Assembly (NCBI GenBank): GCA_964491235.1
Contig: CAZBFN010000007.1
Coordinates: forward strand, 54,728 to 118,727
Direction: 5' to 3'
Source: an uncultured Roseburia sp.
Lineage (GTDB): Bacteria > Bacillota > Clostridia > Lachnospirales > Lachnospiraceae
Length of the DNA stretch: 64,000 bases
The notes under the pieces are model-generated. The model saw nothing but the letters and a program-made list of their open reading frames with translations. It was not told where the DNA came from and did not search any database. Below, one piece after another: positions 59,897-64,000 of the stretch. Every line of letters begins with the position of its first letter. The stretch's first letter is position 1. The position numbers and the translations under genes are program-made.

Positions 59897-60076
59897 AATT
59901 ATTCCCTCCATATGAAGGAAAAAAGGTGGGATAGGGGGAAATTGTAAACAAAATATATGAATAATTATGCTACCCAACAAACGACATTTTTCATCATCGT
60001 CAAAATTAGGTCATTGCTTGTAAAAAATCTCTTATCACAAATTTTTATACAACGGAGCGTGGTTTCCGACGACATA

Positions 60077-60114
60077 AAAGAAGCCCGACAGCGTATCCGC
60101 TGTCAGGCTTCTTC
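60077..60114 (-). terminator. Intrinsic terminator after the GH31 gene
   Basis: AGAAGCCCGACAGCG-loop-CGCTGTCAGGCTTCT with a minus-strand T tract. Confidence 0.75.
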
Positions 60115-60156
60115 TCTCTCATTTCAATACAACAATCTATTTTATTCTCTTTATTC

Positions 60157-62439
60157 TTATTCCTCTATTTTAAGCTCGCTCTCTTCGCCGAACTTGCGCA
60201 CCAGAATCTTCTGGTAAGGCTTGTCATAACCTGCATGCGCGATACTTCCCTGCACATTTCCTGCCTCATCCACTGTGAAGTGATACTTATGATAAGCGCC
60301 CTCTCGATAAGCAAAGTCCTCTCCATTATCCAGATAATGGTCAATCGCACCATTTCCCGGATATACATCAAGAATCAACGTATCTAACGGCTTCTCTCCC
60401 ACATAGGACATCGGCTCCATCATCGGGATGATGCTTCCTGCCTTCACATAGATCGGACACACATCGATTGGGGCATCCTTGATGATCCATGTATTTCCTG
60501 TGTGCTTCTCATGGGTCCAGTAGTCATACCACTCACCCTCTGGCAGATATACCATACGCTTTGTCATGCCCGGATATACCACAGGTGCTACCAGCATCCG
60601 CTCTCCTAACATGAACTCGTCGTTACAGGTCTTAGCGACCTCATCCTTCTCATAGTGGAATACCAGTGGACGAATCAATGGCGCTCCTGTCTGCTCTTCC
60701 TCATAGAACAGGTCATAGAAGTACGGAATCCACTGATAACGAAGCTTCACATACTTGCGGTAGATATCCATGACCTCGTCTCCGAACTGCCATGGCTCCT
60801 GTCTTCTGGTTCCAAGTGCGGAATGGTTACGGAACAGCGGTGAAAAGCATCCCACCTGCACCCATCTGCTCAAAAGCTCCGGTGTGGTATCTGCGCCAAA
60901 TCCACCTACGTCAGTTCCAATAAAAGGCATACCGGACATTCCCAGATTACACTGCTGCGGAATCGCCATCTGGACATGTGCCCACATACTCTGGTTATCT
61001 CCCGTCCACGCAGTGCTGTACTTCTGGCTTCCTGCATAGCATGCTCTTGTGATAACAAACGGTCTACGTCCATCCAGCTTCTTTAATCCCTCGTAAGCTG
61101 CCTTTGCCATCAAATGTCCATATACATTGTGCATCTTTGCATGGGTGGATGCCTTATCCTCATCAGAAAATACCACATCCTCTGGCAACGGACCGTTGAA
61201 GCTTGCTGGCTCATTCATATCATTCCAGATACCTCTGACACCCTTGTCCAACAGGAACTTCTGGTTATTTCCCCACCACTCTCTTACGGCGGGATTACCA
61301 AAGTCAGGGAATGCAGAATCTCCCGGCCATACAGCATTGATATAGACCTCTCCCTCCGGTGTCTTTGCAAAGTATCCCTTCTCTACACCCTCTTCGTAGA
61401 TATGGTAGCCCTCTTCCTGCTTAACACCCGGATCATTAATCACCACCGGCTTAAATCCCTGGGCAGTCATCTTCTGTAAATATGCATCTGGGTCACCATG
61501 GTAACGCTCCTCGTTCCATGTAAACACCTTGTAATGCTGCATATAATCAATATCAAAGTGGATCGCATCACATGGAATATCGCCTTCCCTCATTCCATTG
61601 GCGATCTCCTCCATGTCCTCCTGTGTCACATAGCCCCATCTGGACTGATGATAACCCAGTGTCCATCTCTGTGGCAGTGGACAGGTTCCAGTCAGATAAG
61701 TGTACTGCTGTAAAATCTCTGGCAGAGACTCTCCTGCAATATAGTAATAGTCCAGATTGCCCGCTGTCGCACCAATATAATAATAGTCGCAGGACTCCTG
61801 TCCCATGTTAAAGGTAGACTTATAGGTATTGTCCATAAAAATACCATACACATGGGTATCGGTAAGTGTCATAAAGAAAGGAATGGTCTTATACAGTGCC
61901 TTAAAGCAATCCACCTGTGGCGCTGGATTATCCGTATTCCACATCTCATAGCAGTAATTGCGCTTGTCTAAAAATCCCGTCTTATCACCTAATCCATAGA
62001 AATGCTCGGTTCCCTGCATTTTCTTTACGATCTCATATGCAAAGTCATCGCCCTTCCACCAAGCCTCATGTCCTTCGCTGATGAGAAGCTTGCCTGACTC
62101 TTCCGTGATGACCTCTAGAGGCTTTCTCTCCCCTCTATAATCCATGCACACTTCCTTGCCATTTGCATCAAAAAAGTCCACATAAAATCCATCACTGACT
62201 CTGACTGCTACTGCCTTCGTATCGATCCACAGACCATCTTCCTTCTGCTCCACGGCGATAGAAACTGGTATGCTCTTGTCTCCCTCAATTGCCTTTGAAT
62301 TATGATCACTACTCTCAAATCCGCAGAACACATTGATAATCTGAGGTGTAATCACCTCTACCGCTGCTGATTTACTCTCAAAATTAAGAATTACCTTCTG
62401 TCCCTCTACCTTATAATCTCTTAATTTTCCAAAGTCCAT
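60157..62439 (-). CDS. GH31 alpha-glucosidase
   Basis: GYHQSRWGY, DIDYM, GIWNDMNEP, WTGDN, DVGGF and FRNH motifs. Confidence 0.95.
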   Translation of the reverse strand: MDFGKLRDYKVEGQKVILNFESKSAAVEVITPQIINVFCGFESSDHNSKAIEGDKSIPVSIAVEQKEDGLWIDTKAVAVRVSDGFYVDFFDANGKEVCMDYRGERKPLEVITEESGKLLISEGHEAWWKGDDFAYEIVKKMQGTEHFYGLGDKTGFLDKRNYCYEMWNTDNPAPQVDCFKALYKTIPFFMTLTDTHVYGIFMDNTYKSTFNMGQESCDYYYIGATAGNLDYYYIAGESLPEILQQYTYLTGTCPLPQRWTLGYHQSRWGYVTQEDMEEIANGMREGDIPCDAIHFDIDYMQHYKVFTWNEERYHGDPDAYLQKMTAQGFKPVVINDPGVKQEEGYHIYEEGVEKGYFAKTPEGEVYINAVWPGDSAFPDFGNPAVREWWGNNQKFLLDKGVRGIWNDMNEPASFNGPLPEDVVFSDEDKASTHAKMHNVYGHLMAKAAYEGLKKLDGRRPFVITRACYAGSQKYSTAWTGDNQSMWAHVQMAIPQQCNLGMSGMPFIGTDVGGFGADTTPELLSRWVQVGCFSPLFRNHSALGTRRQEPWQFGDEVMDIYRKYVKLRYQWIPYFYDLFYEEEQTGAPLIRPLVFHYEKDEVAKTCNDEFMLGERMLVAPVVYPGMTKRMVYLPEGEWYDYWTHEKHTGNTWIIKDAPIDVCPIYVKAGSIIPMMEPMSYVGEKPLDTLILDVYPGNGAIDHYLDNGEDFAYREGAYHKYHFTVDEAGNVQGSIAHAGYDKPYQKILVRKFGEESELKIEE

Positions 62440-62575
62440 TCTAATCTTGCACCTAGGGCACGCCCTTTTCCTTTCTGATTCATTGTCACATAGTACTTAT
62501 CCCATTGTAGCCCACTCTATCGTCTCTAACAACATTATTTTTTTAACACGAACTGCCTAATTTTTTGTAGATTTG

Positions 62576-64000
62576 TTAGTCTCTCAGCGCATCATAGACT
62601 CTAAGTATCTCGCCCACGCTCCATGCCTGAGCAAAGCATCCCTTGGAATCAATTGGATTCTCTCCGTCATAGATCTCAGGGAGCTGGCCAACACAACCCT
62701 CACGAAGGGCGGATTCCATGTAGGAAAGCTGCTCCTTCACATAGGCTTTTGCCTCCTTAGAATATCCATTCACCTTTAGGTATGCCAGATAATAACCTCC
62801 CATCGGGAATGTCCATACAGTTCCCTGATGATAAGCCAGATCTCGGTCTAACTGTGCTCCACCATAAAATGGATGGAACTGTGGATCTTCTGGCGCTAAT
62901 GTGCGCAATCCATATGGTGTGTAAAGCTTGCGGTATACGGTCTCTACCACCTGCTTTTCTTCCTCCTCTGAGAGCAGAGAGAATGGCAAGGATACCGCCC
63001 AAATCTGATTACAGCGAATCTGTGTATCCGCCGCTGTGTCAGATATCACATCCCTAAGGCATCCAGCCTCATCATTCCAGAACTGCTGCTTAAAGCTTGT
63101 GCGCACCTTTTCTGCCAGCGCACCATAATCAAAGGTATCCGTAGACTCCTGCTTTTTAAAAATCTCCATAATACGAAGTGCATTGTACCAGTAGGCATTG
63201 ATCTCTACTGGCTTTCCGTGACGCGGTGTCGGCAGGATATCCTCCACACGCACATCCATCCATGTGACCTGATCATATCCCTGACCAGCCATGATAAGAC
63301 CGTCCTCATCCATGTGAATTCCGAAGTCAGTTCCCTTCTGATACCACTCGATGATTTCCTTCATAACAGGATAAGCGCTCTTTACAAACACTTGATTCTT
63401 CGTCCGCTGATAATATTCATACACCGTAAGAATAAATAAAAGTGCCGCATCCACCGTATTATATCCCGGTGCCTCCGTTCCCTCTGGGAACAAATTTGGC
63501 ATCAATCCCTTCTGACAGTATGCCATAAATGTCTTTAAAATACTCTCTGCGGTATCGTACTGCTTTGTCGCCAGACAGCATCCCGGCAGAGCGATCATAG
63601 TGTCTCTTCCCCAGTCCTCGAAAAATGGGAAACCTGCCAAAATCGTCTGTCCTGCAGTGGAGGAGCGATAAGAAATGAACTGATTTGCACTGACAGCTAA
63701 CATCTCTGCAATCGGATCTTCAAAGCCTGCCTGCTTTCTCAAGGAATTGCGGTACTCTACCAAGCCACTGATAATCTCGTCCATCTTCGGCAATGTAAAC
63801 TCCGTACCATATACGATTTCTAATGTATCCTCCTTGCCAGCCTCCACACAAAATGTAATCTCGTGGTTCATAGCAGAGCGTCCCAATGCCATCTTTCCAT
63901 CTCTGATATCATCCGCGTAATACAGAACCTCACAAAAAGAGGTCGGCATCTGCTCACAGGTTCCATTGGTCTGGTAATACAAGGTCTGTCCGTTAGAAAT
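62576..64000 (-). CDS. Glycogen debranching enzyme / amylo-alpha-1,6-glucosidase (5' end outside the window)
   Basis: AGFPFFEDWGRDTMI, TWMD, YHQGTVW, PEIYDG and QAWSVGE motifs; frame open to the window edge. Confidence 0.92.
   Translation of the reverse strand: MSNGQTLYYQTNGTCEQMPTSFCEVLYYADDIRDGKMALGRSAMNHEITFCVEAGKEDTLEIVYGTEFTLPKMDEIISGLVEYRNSLRKQAGFEDPIAEMLAVSANQFISYRSSTAGQTILAGFPFFEDWGRDTMIALPGCCLATKQYDTAESILKTFMAYCQKGLMPNLFPEGTEAPGYNTVDAALLFILTVYEYYQRTKNQVFVKSAYPVMKEIIEWYQKGTDFGIHMDEDGLIMAGQGYDQVTWMDVRVEDILPTPRHGKPVEINAYWYNALRIMEIFKKQESTDTFDYGALAEKVRTSFKQQFWNDEAGCLRDVISDTAADTQIRCNQIWAVSLPFSLLSEEEEKQVVETVYRKLYTPYGLRTLAPEDPQFHPFYGGAQLDRDLAYHQGTVWTFPMGGYYLAYLKVNGYSKEAKAYVKEQLSYMESALREGCVGQLPEIYDGENPIDSKGCFAQAWSVGEILRVYDALRD

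Noticed and set aside
1-64000. CRISPR array, tRNA/rRNA genes, IS transposases
   Set aside because: No regularly spaced repeat-spacer run, cloverleaf signature, rRNA-like segment or DDE/HUH transposase ORF was seen on manual reading.

Overview
Chromosomal window from a Firmicute. Gene content, T-boxes and a sigma28 promoter suggest a Lachnospiraceae-like clostridium (inference). Housekeeping and metabolic content: metG and tyrS, each with a T-box; a large phosphate locus (glycerophosphodiesterase, lysophospholipase, RelA/SpoT-domain synthetase, ppk1, pstSCAB, phoU, Na/Pi cotransporter, phoPR) with three Pho-box arrays; a fused 2-oxoacid:ferredoxin oxidoreductase and rubrerythrin; an SNF2 helicase; an MCP; a Ca/Na antiporter behind a yybP-ykoY riboswitch; and alpha-glucan genes (pullulanase, GH31, debranching enzyme). 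Two accessory blocks stand out. (1) 15.4-21.1 kb: a peptide-signalling or bacteriocin-like module with a double-glycine peptide, an unannotated 47-aa membrane ORF, a LytTR regulator, a CPBP protease and a GHKL kinase frameshifted in a T7 tract. A shared 21-bp-period repeat (CCRAWTAGCAC) links its promoters, and an HTH/HipS-like plus HipA-superfamily kinase pair sits next to it. (2) 56-60 kb: a TcdR/UviA-like sigma factor, a holin, an RCC1-repeat lipoprotein and a LytTR protein with a non-phosphorylatable receiver, inserted in the starch locus. No CRISPR array, tRNA, rRNA or transposase was seen. All calls come from manual reading, with no database searches.
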